NCBI GenBank assembly: GCA_963707985.1
Contig: CAVPRW010000031.1
Span: forward strand, 64,001-128,000
Direction of reading: 5' to 3'
Origin: an uncultured Nitrospinota bacterium
GTDB taxonomy: Bacteria; Tectomicrobia; Entotheonellia; J063; CAVPRW01
DNA: 64,000 nucleotides
The translations under genes and the position numbers were made by a program. Under the pieces are notes generated by a model, which was given only the letters and a program-made list of their open reading frames with translations, was not told the origin of the DNA and ran no database searches. Positions within the stretch are counted from its first letter, which is position 1. Every line of letters begins with the position of its first letter. This document shows, piece by piece, positions 53,811 through 64,000 of the stretch.

Positions 53811-54330
53811 AGTACCCTTTAGTTTGCCTAATGAGACGTGTTACTTAACTATTGATGAGGTTAGAAATGTACCACGAAATTACAATCATACCGATAAGCA
53901 TTCGAAACTCCCGAGGTTCCAAACGGTATTCAGACTTCCCAAGGGAAGCTCCATATCGTCTGTAAGCTTGAGATTTCACATTTGCTGACGTCCCAAAACA
54001 TTCCTCACGCGACCAAAGTAGAAAATAATGTCGAATAGATCAATGCAGCTGATTGTTCATGATCTCCAATCAAAATCGGAAGCATGTCATATGCTCTCCG
54101 GGGACAGCGTGCAAGCCTCCAGGGGTAAGCGGGAATAGACTCTGTGCCATCCATGTGGCCCATAGCTTTCGACCTCTTCGCTGCGGGCACTAGGCCAGAG
54201 CGCGCCTCATTATCCGTAGTGACGGCACGTCGCGCTCCGTTTGCACTGAGTGACGAACAAGCGTAAGGCGCTCCCGGTCTGGGAGGGCTATCTTGGTTTC
54301 CCCTTGGCCGTTCCGAGATCACACTCTCGG

Positions 54331-54615
54331 CTAGGTTCGTGACCGCCACTCGCGCGGATCACGGCGCGTATGCAGGATGTCCAACACGACCACTTCATCG
54401 TTCACCAGACGATAGTATACGGCCTACGGAAACCGGCGGGTCAATGCCCGCCGGACGTCGCGGTAAACCGCCGTGTATATCTCCGGTGTGCGGCCAATGC
54501 GCTCAAGCACCTCGTCAACGCACAGGAGAAACGCCGACCCGAGCCCTTCGCGCTGGCGCTCATACCAGTCGCGAGCGTAGACCAAATCGGCTTCCGCTTC
54601 CGGGCGAATGATCAT
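54331..54615 (-). pseudogene. RelE/ParE toxin with internal amber stop (54424-54426)
   Basis: IRPEAEADL..A.DWYE.QREGLG...RRFP*AVYYR...VLDILHTRRDP; the paralogue at 55286 has Tyr at the stop position. Confidence 0.8.
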
Positions 54616-54626
54616 CGGATCGGTTG

Positions 54627-54846
54627 CTACGGCTTCTGCAAGCGGCGCTTCACGTCTTCCCAGCTCGATCCTGCGTGCGGATCGGCGTGGTAGGCTGCTA
54701 GTCGGCGGTCGAGCTCATCCTTATGCGACTGCGGGACTTCGAGGGCTTCGACCTCGGCAGCAATGCTATCCCAGATTTCTTCTACGAGGAGGATGCGCTC
54801 GGCAAGGCTCAGTCGATCAATCCCCAACGATTTGGCGATTTCATGC
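54627..54846 (-). CDS. Addiction-module antitoxin (Unstab_antitox type)
   Basis: LSLAERILLVEEIWDSI...ELDRRL...SWEDVKRRL. Confidence 0.88.
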
Positions 54847-54889
54847 ATTTGGAAGCTTCCTCCATAAGAACCGCTCCAGAATATGCAAC

Positions 54890-55155
54890 TCTCATTTTTT
54901 GCGGCAACCAACTGTGAGTCCCATCAGCGTCACCACGCTGACACCAAGAATGTCCTGCCGATCCATGTACTCCAGATGGTCAAAGGCCGGAGTCACTTTA
55001 TTGTCAGCATCGATCAAGCTATCAGTCTCAACAAGGATGAGTTGCGCCAGATCAACTTCCCCACTTCCACTGGCGAGTGTGACGGACCCATGCCGTGCTG
55101 TCTCTGAAATCCTCACAATCTTCCCAGAGTCCAATAAAGAGCTCTTCTGCCAACT
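54890..55155 (-). pseudogene. Decayed paralogue of the DUF2281/vapC junction
   Basis: Nucleotide-level similarity to about 53420-53675 (e.g. TTCCCAGAGTCCAA.AAAG.GCTC; LAQLILVETDSLIDA vs VAQLILVDTDILIDA). Confidence 0.8.
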
Positions 55156-55285
55156 TTTGGTACCAGTGATGGGACCTCTCACCCCGCAAGCTCTGTGCTA
55201 TGCATGGCGCGCACGCTCGATGCCAAGCGGCACGCTGTCAAGCGCATATACTCCAGAAGGCGGCTAAGCAACCGACCATACGGAC

Positions 55286-55585
55286 TCAAGGAAGACGCTG
55301 ACGCCATTTGTCGGGATTGCGAGACGTGTGAAACACACCGTAGACGGTCATCGTGCCTTCTACAGACTCGTAGAAGACCGCGTATGGAAAACGGCGCACT
55401 AATCCTCGGCGATAGCTTTCGTGGATGACCAAATGCATCTCGGGTGTACGGCGAATTGCTTCAATACACGCATCAACGCAACTCAGGAACTCCTCTCCCA
55501 AGCCGACCCGGCGTCCCTCATACCATGCGTAAGCCTCTGCAATGTCTTGCTCGGCCTCGGGCGCAATGATCAAATCAGCGGCCAT
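55286..55585 (-). CDS. RelE/ParE-family toxin
   Basis: IAPEAEQDIAEAYAWYE...RRFPYAVFY...VFHTSRNP. Confidence 0.9.
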   Translation of the reverse strand: MAADLIIAPEAEQDIAEAYAWYEGRRVGLGEEFLSCVDACIEAIRRTPEMHLVIHESYRRGLVRRFPYAVFYESVEGTMTVYGVFHTSRNPDKWRQRLP

Positions 55586-55799
55586 AACGGCTTCGGACCC
55601 TTCGTTTGACTTCCTCCCATGTGAGTCCGGAGGCCGGGTTTTTCATCAGGTTGGTCTTTCTCCGGGCTAGCTCTTCTTTTTGCCAGTCGTGAATTGGTAC
55701 AGCTTCAGGAATTGCTGCAAGGTCATCCCACAAGTCCTCCACCAGTTGAAGCTTTTCCGACGGACTCAGGTCAAAGATTGAGGTAGCTGTTGGATCCAT
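55575..55799 (-). CDS. Addiction-module antitoxin
   Basis: LSPSEKLQLVEDLWDDL...WQKEELARR...TWEEVKRR; overlaps the toxin start. Confidence 0.9.
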   Translation of the reverse strand: MDPTATSIFDLSPSEKLQLVEDLWDDLAAIPEAVPIHDWQKEELARRKTNLMKNPASGLTWEEVKRRVRSRYGR

Positions 55800-56198
55800 C
55801 TGAAACCCTCCGACGATTGTGTTCAAGCACGACGAGTCGTCCTGCCATCCTCTCTGTGGTCGCGTGTGTCAAGCCCCTTGGCTGGGACTATGTCCGAACG
55901 TGTGAATCTGCTGTTTTGGTAAACTGAAACATCATTGGCGCTGCTAGAACGATGGTGTTCCAGGTCTGGCGGCATAGGCAAAGTCAGGTCTATAAGCCAT
56001 CTCCCAGTGCACGGCTGACGACATCTACTGACATGCGGCAACGCGGCAGGCTGAATTCGAGGATCAGGCCTGTCCTCCCACGCCCCCGTCTCGGAGTAGC
56101 CTAACACAAGCAGCCTAACATAACACGCGGCGGGCAAGCACGAGCTTGCTGCGAACCTCTGGTTAATCGTCAGGTCGTTGCGGTTGTTCGACCGACGA

Positions 56199-56500
56199 TC
56201 ACTGCCGCTCACGGCAAGCGCTTTGACCAAGAAGGGTTAACGTGAAAACACCGACTGTGTCAGTCTGGCCGGTCGAATCGTCAGCCACGTGGACCTGGTA
56301 CTCGACTAGGCCGAGGTCGAAGACGGATTGAAGCTGTGACTCAGTGAAGCCGAGCGCGATGAGGTCCTCATAGAATCCGTCCGATACTTCATCGGGCAGG
56401 CTTTGCCTATCAAGGAAGGTAAGCAGTTCAGCTAACCTGTCCGCCGATGGAAAGACACCCTCTGATACAAGGCCGCGTGCGCCCCCGACGTCCGCATAGC
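56199..56500 (-). CDS. Hypothetical protein; 5' end probably lost to IS insertion
   Basis: Protein-like reading DRLAELLTFLDRQ...GVFTLTLLG; 5' end lies near the IS terminus. Confidence 0.4.
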
Positions 56501-56546
56501 TGAGTGGGGGATGCACCGATGATTTCGAGCAGCTCGGTGGCCAACA

Positions 56547-57478
56547 GGTAGCACCACAGTTAACCGTGGTCATGCGGCCAGCGCCATCGCTGGTTGTCAA
56601 TCTCGCTCGGGTGGACGCCCTCGGCGCATGGGTGGCACCCAGACTGGGAGTGGCACTTGGTAGCGCCACAGTTCCTGCATCACCCGCCGATGATTCGTCA
56701 ACCCGACGGTCATCGCCGGCATGCGCTCCTGCAACGTCTAGGGGGCTCGTCGCGGGGCCGCCACCCGCAGCTCACAGGCTGCCAGCAGCAGGTGTCAGCA
56801 ATGCCGACCAGCCACATCCCTGCCGTCACGATCGCCTCGGTGTGGGCGCTGGTCAGCCCCCGGCGGACCAGGGGGGCCAGGGAGGCGCGGACGGTGTCGT
56901 TGAGTTGTTCAAGGTAGGCTGGTAGTGAGTCCGCTACCGCTGTGGGTGGCGGCCAGCACGGCGCCGATGGCTGGGCTCGGTTCCCTGCACCGCGCAGCGC
57001 TCCACACGCCCCACCCAGCGGCTCCGCATTGCGCTTGACCACATGCTGATACACCCGCTGGACGTGCTGGCCCGGGCGGGTCAGCCACGCAGCCCCGGTG
57101 CGCTCCTCGACCCCGCAGGCGGCGACGATGGCCTGGGTCGAACAGCCATGGCAAAGCCCGGTCAGGACGAACGTCATCACATCCGCTGCCGTCCTCAACC
57201 GGTAGAAGGGTGTATCGTTGGTGGCCGCGAAGGTCTTAGCCACAGGCGGTACAACGATACCGCTGCTGCGCTTGGCTATGCACCCGAATATTCCCCTGCC
57301 CCATGTATCCTCCGGCAGGGCACTGCGGGTTATGGCAGAATTGGGTCGGCAGGTGCATCGTCGGCCTCCTGTGGACGCGATCAAGCACTCCCAATCATAT
57401 CACGTCTAGAAGGACGCCCGAAGGACCCGCTTTTTTCAAGACATCAAAGGGCTTACCACGGTTAACTGGGATGGTACT
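56547..57478 (-). mobile_element. Internally deleted IS1-like element with 24-bp imperfect terminal IRs
   Basis: GGTAGCACCACAGTTAACCGTGGT vs AGTACCATCCCAGTTAACCGTGGT (20/24); decayed transposase TFAAT..TPFYRLRT...CHGC..QAIVAA.G..ERT, YLEQLN.T.RA.LA.L.R. Confidence 0.75.
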
Positions 57479-57567
57479 GCGTCCTCTGGTCCAAAGGCGA
57501 GGGCGATCGCTTCCCCGATTCCCTGCTGCGCACCCGTCACCAGCGCTACTTTCCCTGCTAAACGCAT
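57479..57567 (-). pseudogene. SDR oxidoreductase N-terminus truncated by the IS
   Basis: GGAG-type RBS, MRLAGKVALVTGAQQGIGEAIALAF; ends at the IS IR. Confidence 0.75.
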
Positions 57568-57869
57568 CGCCTTCTTCCATTTCATCGTGCCGATGCAACG
57601 TTGTCCACTCTCGATCTGACCGCCGCACCATCGTCAGGCTGCTTTGTCCGGCTGCGCCTGATAGCAGGTCTCGGGCCAATACTCACTCCAGTGCCGCAAA
57701 CTGTTTCCGGTTTGCCAGCCTCTTCCATTGGGTTGGGATGGTGCAGGTTTCTCGGTATGGCTGGAGAAGAGTTGTATGCAGGATCGGAGGCAGTGGCGGA
57801 GGCAGGACAACGGGAGGGATACGGCAGCGATGCAGGCTTACCGTCATATCCCTTCCCGCGCCAGCAGTC

Positions 57870-58612
57870 CTAACGCAGAGCGCCTTGTCGCTTCTCAGGG
57901 AGGAGAGAGCGTAGGGTCGCCTCATCGAGTCGACCCGTCTGTGGCAGCCGGTAGGCTTGCTGATAGGCGCGCAGCGCCGCTTCGGTCTGCGGCCCAAAGG
58001 TGCCGTCCGTGCTGCCGGGGTCGAACCCCAGGCCTTTCAGCTGGCGCTGCGCCTGCTGCAGAACCTCTCGATTTGAGAGGTCCAGCGGTACGCCAGTGGC
58101 CTCGAACCGCTCCGGCAGGATGGAACGCAAGGTCGTCTCATCCAGTCTGCCCGTCACCGGTAGACGGTAGGCTTGCTGGTACGCACGTAGAGCCGCCACC
58201 GTCTGCGGCCCAAAGGTGCCGTCCGTGCTGCCGGGGTCGAACCCCAGGGCTTTCAGCTGGCGCTGCGCCTGCTGCAGAACCTCTCGACTTGAGAGGTCCA
58301 GCGGTACGCCAGTGGCCTCGAACCGCTCCGGCAGGATGGAACGCAAGGTCGTCTCATCCAGTCTGCCCGTCACCGGTAGACGGTAGCTTGCTGGTACGCA
58401 CGTAGAGCGGCCACCGTCTGCGCGCCCAAGTGGCCATCGGCAGCCCCCGGGTTAAAGCCCAGGCCTTTCAGCTGCCGCTGCACATCACGCATGAGCTCTT
58501 GATCCAACACCTGTACTCGCCCGCTTGTGGGGCTGCGCGCCTCTGAGTGAAAAGGCAGAAACCCACCGGCGACTAGCAGGCTGATGCCAAGCATCACAAG
58601 GATTCGCTTCAT
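57870..58612 (-). CDS. Secreted protein with three peptidoglycan-binding (PG_binding_1) domains, frameshift near 58386
   Basis: Signal peptide MKRILVML...; three Q.QLK.LGF.PG..DG..G.QT.AALRAYQ....L..TG.LD..T units. Confidence 0.85.
57985..58415. repeat. Near-perfect 216-bp tandem duplication inside the PG-binding gene
   Basis: 57985-58200 vs 58201-58415 differ by 3 substitutions and a 1-bp deletion. Confidence 0.9.
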
Positions 58613-58790
58613 GGCTATGACCTCCCTCTGTCGATTCGCGACAGCCGCGGCGCATCCGACTTCCCGATCTGCATTCCGGAAGCGGCGTACGTGAAGGCGG
58701 TTGTCTCCCGTTAACTCTTGAACGTCTTCAGATGTACCGGCTCTGTCCAGAGCTTGCACAATTATTCCAGCGTGTTTTCGAGACTGTTCA

Positions 58791-59568
58791 CTAACACGTG
58801 CCACCGCTCTCATCCCAGTACGGCGCGCGCTGAAGAGTCTGGTGTAGTCTGCTCTCATACGCCCGATCGAGCAGCATGGATGGGTCGTACTCCGGGCCTT
58901 CCTTGATCGTCTCGCGCAAGAGGTCAACCATGACGCTCGACTCGGTCCAACTCACCGAGTCGATCCACCGTGGCGACACCAGCACATGCTTACCCGGCCA
59001 CCAGTTGCGCGTATCCACGACCAGATAGCGAATCCCCCAGCTCTCGTCGTCCACGATGAAATCTTCGACATGGCCAAGATCGCCGTCGCGCGCCTGAATA
59101 GCATAGCCGGTCACCTCGCGTGCGCTGCGAAGGTAGGGGTCGCCCTCGGGCTGTCGCCCGGTCTCCATCTCCTGATAGGTGGAGCTGACGGCGGCCATGT
59201 CCTCCATTCGCGGGTACATTCCGGCGCCCCACAGACCCTGCCCGGCCCAGTAACACGGGTAGCCGTAATAGCGAGAGTACTCCCCCTCCAGCTGACGCGA
59301 GACTGGCTGATCGGTCGCGATGCTCGGGCTATTCTCCACCTGCTGCCGCGTCAGCGCAACGTCGAAGGTCTCCCTGGCCCACATCTGCCGATCGGAACGC
59401 GATCGGGGAGACCAGCACCAGCCGGCTGCTCAGCCAGCTGCCGGTGTTCGCGACGAGGTAACGAATCGTCCACTGCTGGTCGTCGAACAAGAAATCGTCC
59501 ACCGAACCCATGTCGCCGTCGGTGGCATGAATCGTAAAGCCGCGCATACCGCTCACACTTCGGAGCAT
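58791..59568 (-). CDS. Tandem PRC-barrel domain protein, frameshift near 59385
   Basis: MLRSV...IHATDGDMGSVDDFLFDDQQWTIRYLV; second barrel LRSAREVTGY.IQARDG..GHVEDFIVDD..W.IRYLVVDT. Confidence 0.85.
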
Positions 59569-59918
59569 CGGTCTTCTCCTTCTGGCTTTCTTGAACGCCT
59601 GGACAACAACGGTGTGAAGGTTCGAGAAGTGATGATCGGCTGGGCTGCGTCTTCCTGACGCGAGACGCGACATGAGAGTGCTGGTAGCAGCGATGGTACT
59701 CATGCCGTGTCACTGTACAAAATTTCGCGTTTTCTCCGGCGAAGCCTGTACAGCCATCGCCCCTGAAGGCAGTCGGCTGGGTGCGGGAAGGACTGCCTAC
59801 AGGGGGCACAGTACGATCCGGCCACTACCGTGTGGTGCATCGCCACGCTCCGTTCGTGTGGCATGGTCTCATGCCTCGGACGCGGCTCTATCGTCGTCGC
59901 CATGCGCGCACTGCGCTT

Positions 59919-59993
59919 TTATATCCGCCCCAAGACGAACAGAATGATCAGGACTAGCACGATTGTGCCAAGTATGCCGCCGCCGATGTACAT
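59919..59993 (-). CDS. 24-aa membrane microprotein (DUF3309-like)
   Basis: GAGGAGG RBS; MYIGGGILGTIVLVLIILFVLGRI*. Confidence 0.7.
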   Translation of the reverse strand: MYIGGGILGTIVLVLIILFVLGRI

Positions 59994-60534
59994 GTGTTTT
60001 CCTCCTCGGTCTCGATGTGTTCAAAGACCCGGCATGGGTTTTGTGCGACAGGGGGTCATGAGCCTTTGGCTCACAACCCATGATGAACATAAGTCGGCTG
60101 ATATGTTCGAGGGCGAACCATCCTGTGTCGTCCTTGGCTATTCGGCGGCGTCTTTCACCCTCTGCCCTGCTTCCGTGGGCATCCTCTCCGATGCACTCGT
60201 GTATCGACCATCCGATGGGCCTCGTGTCTGTCAGCTCTCATCCTTCTACTGTCATAGGATAGAACAAGTTTTTCAATAATACAATATATATTTATATATT
60301 TATTAGTAGAGTGGCGGCTACACCTAGGGGAGATGATGGTGAGCCTCGTGGCAATCATCTGGGCTCAGTCGCCAGGCATGTGAGTCTGCCGTGGAGGTAT
60401 AAGCAAAAGGTGTGGAAATAAGGGGAAGGTGGTGTATCCTCTCGAGTCACCACACAGTGTTACCCACGAGGAGGAGGGCCATCCTACGATTCTCAAATAC
60501 CTTTGAATGCCAGTGGATACGCGTGCGAGGGGGG

Positions 60535-60665
60535 ATCGGTCGTGGTGGGACCAGCTCACTGATGTCGACCTTGAGAAGGTTGGGGGCAAGAAAGCTATGT
60601 TGGTCGCGCTAGGGCCAGAAAAATACCGGTATGCGCGCGAGAGAGCCGAAACAAAAGGTCGACCG
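60535..60665 (+). pseudogene. CsbD/YjbJ-like remnant
   Basis: WDQLTDVDLEKVGGKK..LV....EKY.YARERAE resembles the WGKLTDDDL...ERYGY.RE.AE consensus. Confidence 0.5.
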
Positions 60666-60944
60666 GCGCTTGCAGGAATACAGCGACAAGCTGGTGGCCG
60701 CTGTGGTTATCTTCCTCATCATGTTGGTGCTGGGCATGAGGGGACGGCGGTCGGTCTAACGGCACCCCTAGCCGAGGATCTCACACGTGCGCGGCGTGTC
60801 GCAGGGCGAATGATTCTCGGTCGCAGACGTCGGCACCCTGACGGGTCGAACCATACAGGAGCGGCTCGGGACGGCATCCGAACACCGGCCAAGCTATGGG
60901 CTTCGTCCCCCGTCACGTCTAGGCCTGAAAGGAGGTCAGTGCGC

Positions 60945-62769
60945 ATGCCCACTCCGGTCCCCCAGGTACCGCTGTTTCAGCTGCTTACGAGTCTGGCCCT
61001 GATCATTGCGGCGTTGTATTGGGCCCACACGGTCTTCATCCCGGTGGCGTTGGCGCTCTTGCTCAGCTTTTTGCTGAACCCGGTCGTCAGCGTGCTCCAA
61101 GGCCGAGGGCTGAGACGGACGCCCGCGGTGATCCTGGTCGTCCTCCTGATGTTTTCCTTATTGGGGGGCATCGGCTGGACCATTACGGCGGATTCTCTCG
61201 AGTCTCGCGGCTGAGCTGCCCCGCTATGAGGAGAATATCCGCCACAAGATCGCCGATCTTCGGTGGGTCGGCAACAGCTCAGTCATCGAGAAGTTCCAGA
61301 CCGCGGCCCAGAAGGTCATTGATGAGCTGCAGCAGACCAACAAACCTGCTGGGGAGACGGAGAAGCCCGTGCAGGTGGTGGTGCAAGGGCCCTCGGTGCT
61401 CTGGCAGCTGCCGTTGGCCCTGGAGCCTCTCGCAACCGCGGGTCTGGTGCTGATTTTGGTGATCTTCATGCTGCTCAAGCAGGCCGATCTACGCGATCGG
61501 CTGCTTGCGCTCGCCGGCTACGGCCGGCTGACGCTCGCCACCAAAGCGCTCGATGAGGCCAGCCACCGCATCAGCCGCTACTTGCTCATGCAGTCGATCA
61601 TCAACGGCAGCTTCGGGTGTGCGGTAGGCCTGGGACTGTTCCTGATCGGCCTGCCCCACGCGATCGTCTGGGGGTTTCTGGCGGCCATCTTGCGCTTTAT
61701 CCCCTATATCGGCTCCACAGCTGCCACGATTCTGCCGACGGCGCTGAGCTTGGCCGTTTTTCAGGGCTGGCTGCAACCCTTCCTGATCATTGGCCTGATC
61801 GTGGGACTCGAGCTCGTCCTTAGTGTGGGCCTGGAGCCCTTCCTCTATGGCCAGAGTGCCGGGGTCTCCACGGTGGCGCTGCTCGTGGCCGTGGCGTTCT
61901 GGACCTGGCTGTGGGGACCGGTGGGCCTCCTGCTCTCCACTCCCCTCACCGTCTGCCTCGGGGTGCTCGGCAAATATGTCCCGCAGCTGGGCTTCATCGG
62001 GGTGCTGATCAGCGATGGGCCGGTGCTGGAGACGTCCACGAGCTACTATCAGCGACTGGTCGCACGGGATGACGATGAAGCGCTGGAGATCGTGGACGAG
62101 TTTCTCAAGACCCATGCGCTGGAAGCAGTCTACGATGCGGTGCTGGTCCCCGCGCTGGTCGCGGCGAAGCAAGATCGCCAGCACAACTCCCTGGCCGAGG
62201 ACGATTGGCACTTCATCGTGCAGGCCACGCGCGAGATCGTCGAGGACCTCGGCACACGCCAGTCCCCTGCCGAGACGCCCGCTGCCGTGGCGGCGGCAGC
62301 CGTGGTCGACGGCCAGGGCCCCATCTCGCCGTCGACCATCCGGATGGTGGCCTGTCCGGCCCGTGACGAGGCAGATGAGGTGGCCCTCTTGATGATGCAG
62401 CAGTTGCTCGATCCGAGGCGGTACGAGCTGGAAGTGGTGTCCGCGGCGATGCTAACCGCCGAAGTGCTCTCCCTGATGGAGCAGCAACGCGCGTCCCTCA
62501 TCTGCATTGCGGCCCTTCCACCCGGGGCATCAGCTCCAACTCGTTACCTGTGCAAGCGGCTGCGGACCCGGTCCCCTGAGTGCAAGATTGTGGTGGGACG
62601 CTGGGGGTTCATCGGGAACATCGATGAGAATCGAGCGCTCCTCCTGGCAGCCGGAGCCGATGAGGTAGGGACGACTCTGCGTGAGACCCGAAGTCAAGTG
62701 CTGGCCTTGAGCCAGCTGCACGACTCTCTCGCCTCTCAGTCGTCGCCGAACGCACCCCTTGGGCCATAA
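60945..62769 (+). CDS. AI-2E-family transporter with C-terminal cytoplasmic domain, frameshift near 61200
   Basis: AGGAGG RBS; IPVALALLLSFLLNP, RISRYLL, LRFIPYIG, WTWLWGPVGLLLSTPLTVCL, YQRLVA.D..EA. Confidence 0.87.
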
Positions 62770-63543
62770 CCTCAGGGTGGGGAGCCCCACGCCCGTACGA
62801 TCTGCAGAGGCGTTGGTGAGGGATGAGACAGGTTTCTACTCACCCAGCTCCACGGTGGGGGGCAGACGTAACCCTCATTGAGATCGGTTTCCAGGTCGGG
62901 TGCGCGGACCACAGTCACTGCCCTGCACTCTTTCCGACGCACATCTCCCCTAACCCCCATAGTCTACCGCGACCACACGAGGCATGCGTGATGGGGGGCG
63001 CGCCGCCGTCCGGTCCACTCGGCCAGGACTGTCGTCGGTCGCGAGGGGTGCCACCGGGAACGGTCCGCCGGCCGCCAGACGCCCCACCATTAGCGGCCGT
63101 GCAAATCCACCGCGTGAGGGATTTGTCCATGGCCCTAGGGTTTCCGTCTGCTGGTTGAACGCTGACGGCTGAGCGCCGCACGCTGGGAAGGCGTCTTCCC
63201 GTTCCACCTGCACGATTGTCGCAAGATTCCAACATTTTTAGCAGGAATGTCACAGACGGCGCGGGACGCCTGCGGTACAATCCTGACGTACGAGTGGACA
63301 ACACCCGCAGGCGCTTCGCCGTACATATGATGCTGAGAGATGCAGGGTAGGCGTGCGCAATGCTTCCGGCCGACAAGGTTGCCGACACGATCAAGGACAC
63401 CACGCACCATGCTGGGGAAAAAATGAAGGAAGAAGGGCAGAAAGGGAAAAATGCGGCCCAATAGCCGAGGCAGCCAGATGACGGTTCTGTCGCAAACACC
63501 TATTCCAGGTCTTTGAACACATCCAGACGAAGGCGGAAGACCC

Positions 63544-63618
63544 ATGTACATTGGCGGAGGCCCGCTTGGCATAGTCGTGCTAGTCGTGATCATTCTGCTA
63601 GTATCGGGTCGGATATAA
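63544..63618 (+). CDS. 24-aa membrane microprotein (DUF3309-like), paralogue of 59919-59993
   Basis: MYIGGGPLGIVVLVVIILLVSGRI*. Confidence 0.6.
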   Translation: MYIGGGPLGIVVLVVIILLVSGRI

Positions 63619-63696
63619 AAACGTGGTGTGCTCAGGGGGACTACGATAGAGCCTCGTCCGAGACCTGAGACCATGCCATACGAAAGGAGAGCAGCA

Positions 63697-64000
63697 ATGC
63701 GCACAACAGTTATAGCCGGACTTATGGGCGTGATGATGGTCGTCGCCGCCGTGCATGTGGCGGCCCAAGTCGCGGGCACGACGACCCTCGGCGTGCCGGC
63801 GACGGAGATCACAACCCTCGCACGCGGGTGGAGCGCGAAGAAGCAGATTCTCGGGAAGCCCGTATACAATGACCACAACGAGAGATTAGGCGACGTGGAC
63901 GACATCATCGTCGCGCCCGACAAGTCCCTCTCCTACGCCATCATCGGCGTGGGCGGGTTCCTCGGCCTCGGCGAGCACTATGTGGCTATCCCCTTCAACC
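63697..64000 (+). CDS. Secreted PRC-barrel domain protein, partial (runs off the window)
   Basis: AAAGGAG RBS; signal peptide; GWSAKKQILGKPVYND..E.LG.VDDIIV...YAIIGVGGFLGLGEH.VAIPF. Confidence 0.88.
   Translation, partial: MRTTVIAGLMGVMMVVAAVHVAAQVAGTTTLGVPATEITTLARGWSAKKQILGKPVYNDHNERLGDVDDIIVAPDKSLSYAIIGVGGFLGLGEHYVAIPFN

Noticed and set aside
54424..54426. In-frame TAG as pyrrolysine or programmed read-through
   Set aside because: It aligns with a conserved Tyr codon in the paralogue; a single substitution explains it and there is no pyl context
57985..58415. Direct repeats as a possible CRISPR array
   Set aside because: The unit is 216 bp, in frame within a coding domain, with no unique spacers; no CRISPR array or cas genes seen in the window
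63360..63463. Short hydrophilic reading (DKVADTIKDTTHHAGEKMKEEG) resembling a stress-protein tail
   Set aside because: Too short, no clear RBS, preceded by a stop; cannot support a call
1..64000. rRNA/tRNA genes (including selC) and the many antisense ORFs in the track
   Set aside because: No tRNA cloverleaf or rRNA signature recognised by eye; the antisense ORFs are typical high-GC shadows of real genes

Overview
GC-rich bacterial window. The IS remnants and gene style resemble Ca. Tectomicrobia/Entotheonella-like genomes (inference only). Core-type genes: oligopeptide ABC ATPases, HtrA, SppA, Lhr, ClpS, aldo/keto reductase, class-III aminotransferase, Fur-family regulator, ThiE, IlvE. Accessory content is much larger. 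(1) Two selenoprotein genes that the ORF track splits at an in-frame TGA, each followed by a SECIS-like hairpin: a UGSC-family protein (18508-19038, minus) and an HMA domain with a CxxU motif (36648-36971, plus) in a Fur/TPR locus. (2) A phosphate-starvation island (11.2-17.8 kb) with two PHO-box-like promoters. One drives alkaline phosphatase + CxxC protein + MacB/FtsX-type ABC; the other drives a PlcP/LpxH-like phosphoesterase + glycosyltransferase. (3) A 12-kb, 5'-truncated trans-AT PKS (MT-ACP-KS-KR-ACP-KS-KR-ACP-KS-ACP(beta-branch type)-docking domain) with no partner genes in the window. (4) Two toxin-antitoxin-rich stretches with attC-like sites but no integrase. (5) An apparent single-chain Phd/YefM-tail + RelE fusion. 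(6) A general-stress-type cluster (PRC-barrel, CsbD remnant, AI-2E, duplicated 24-aa microprotein module). About ten single-base frameshifts in otherwise intact genes suggest sequencing indel errors, so pseudogene calls resting on one indel are uncertain. All family assignments are by-eye motif recognition, not database searches.
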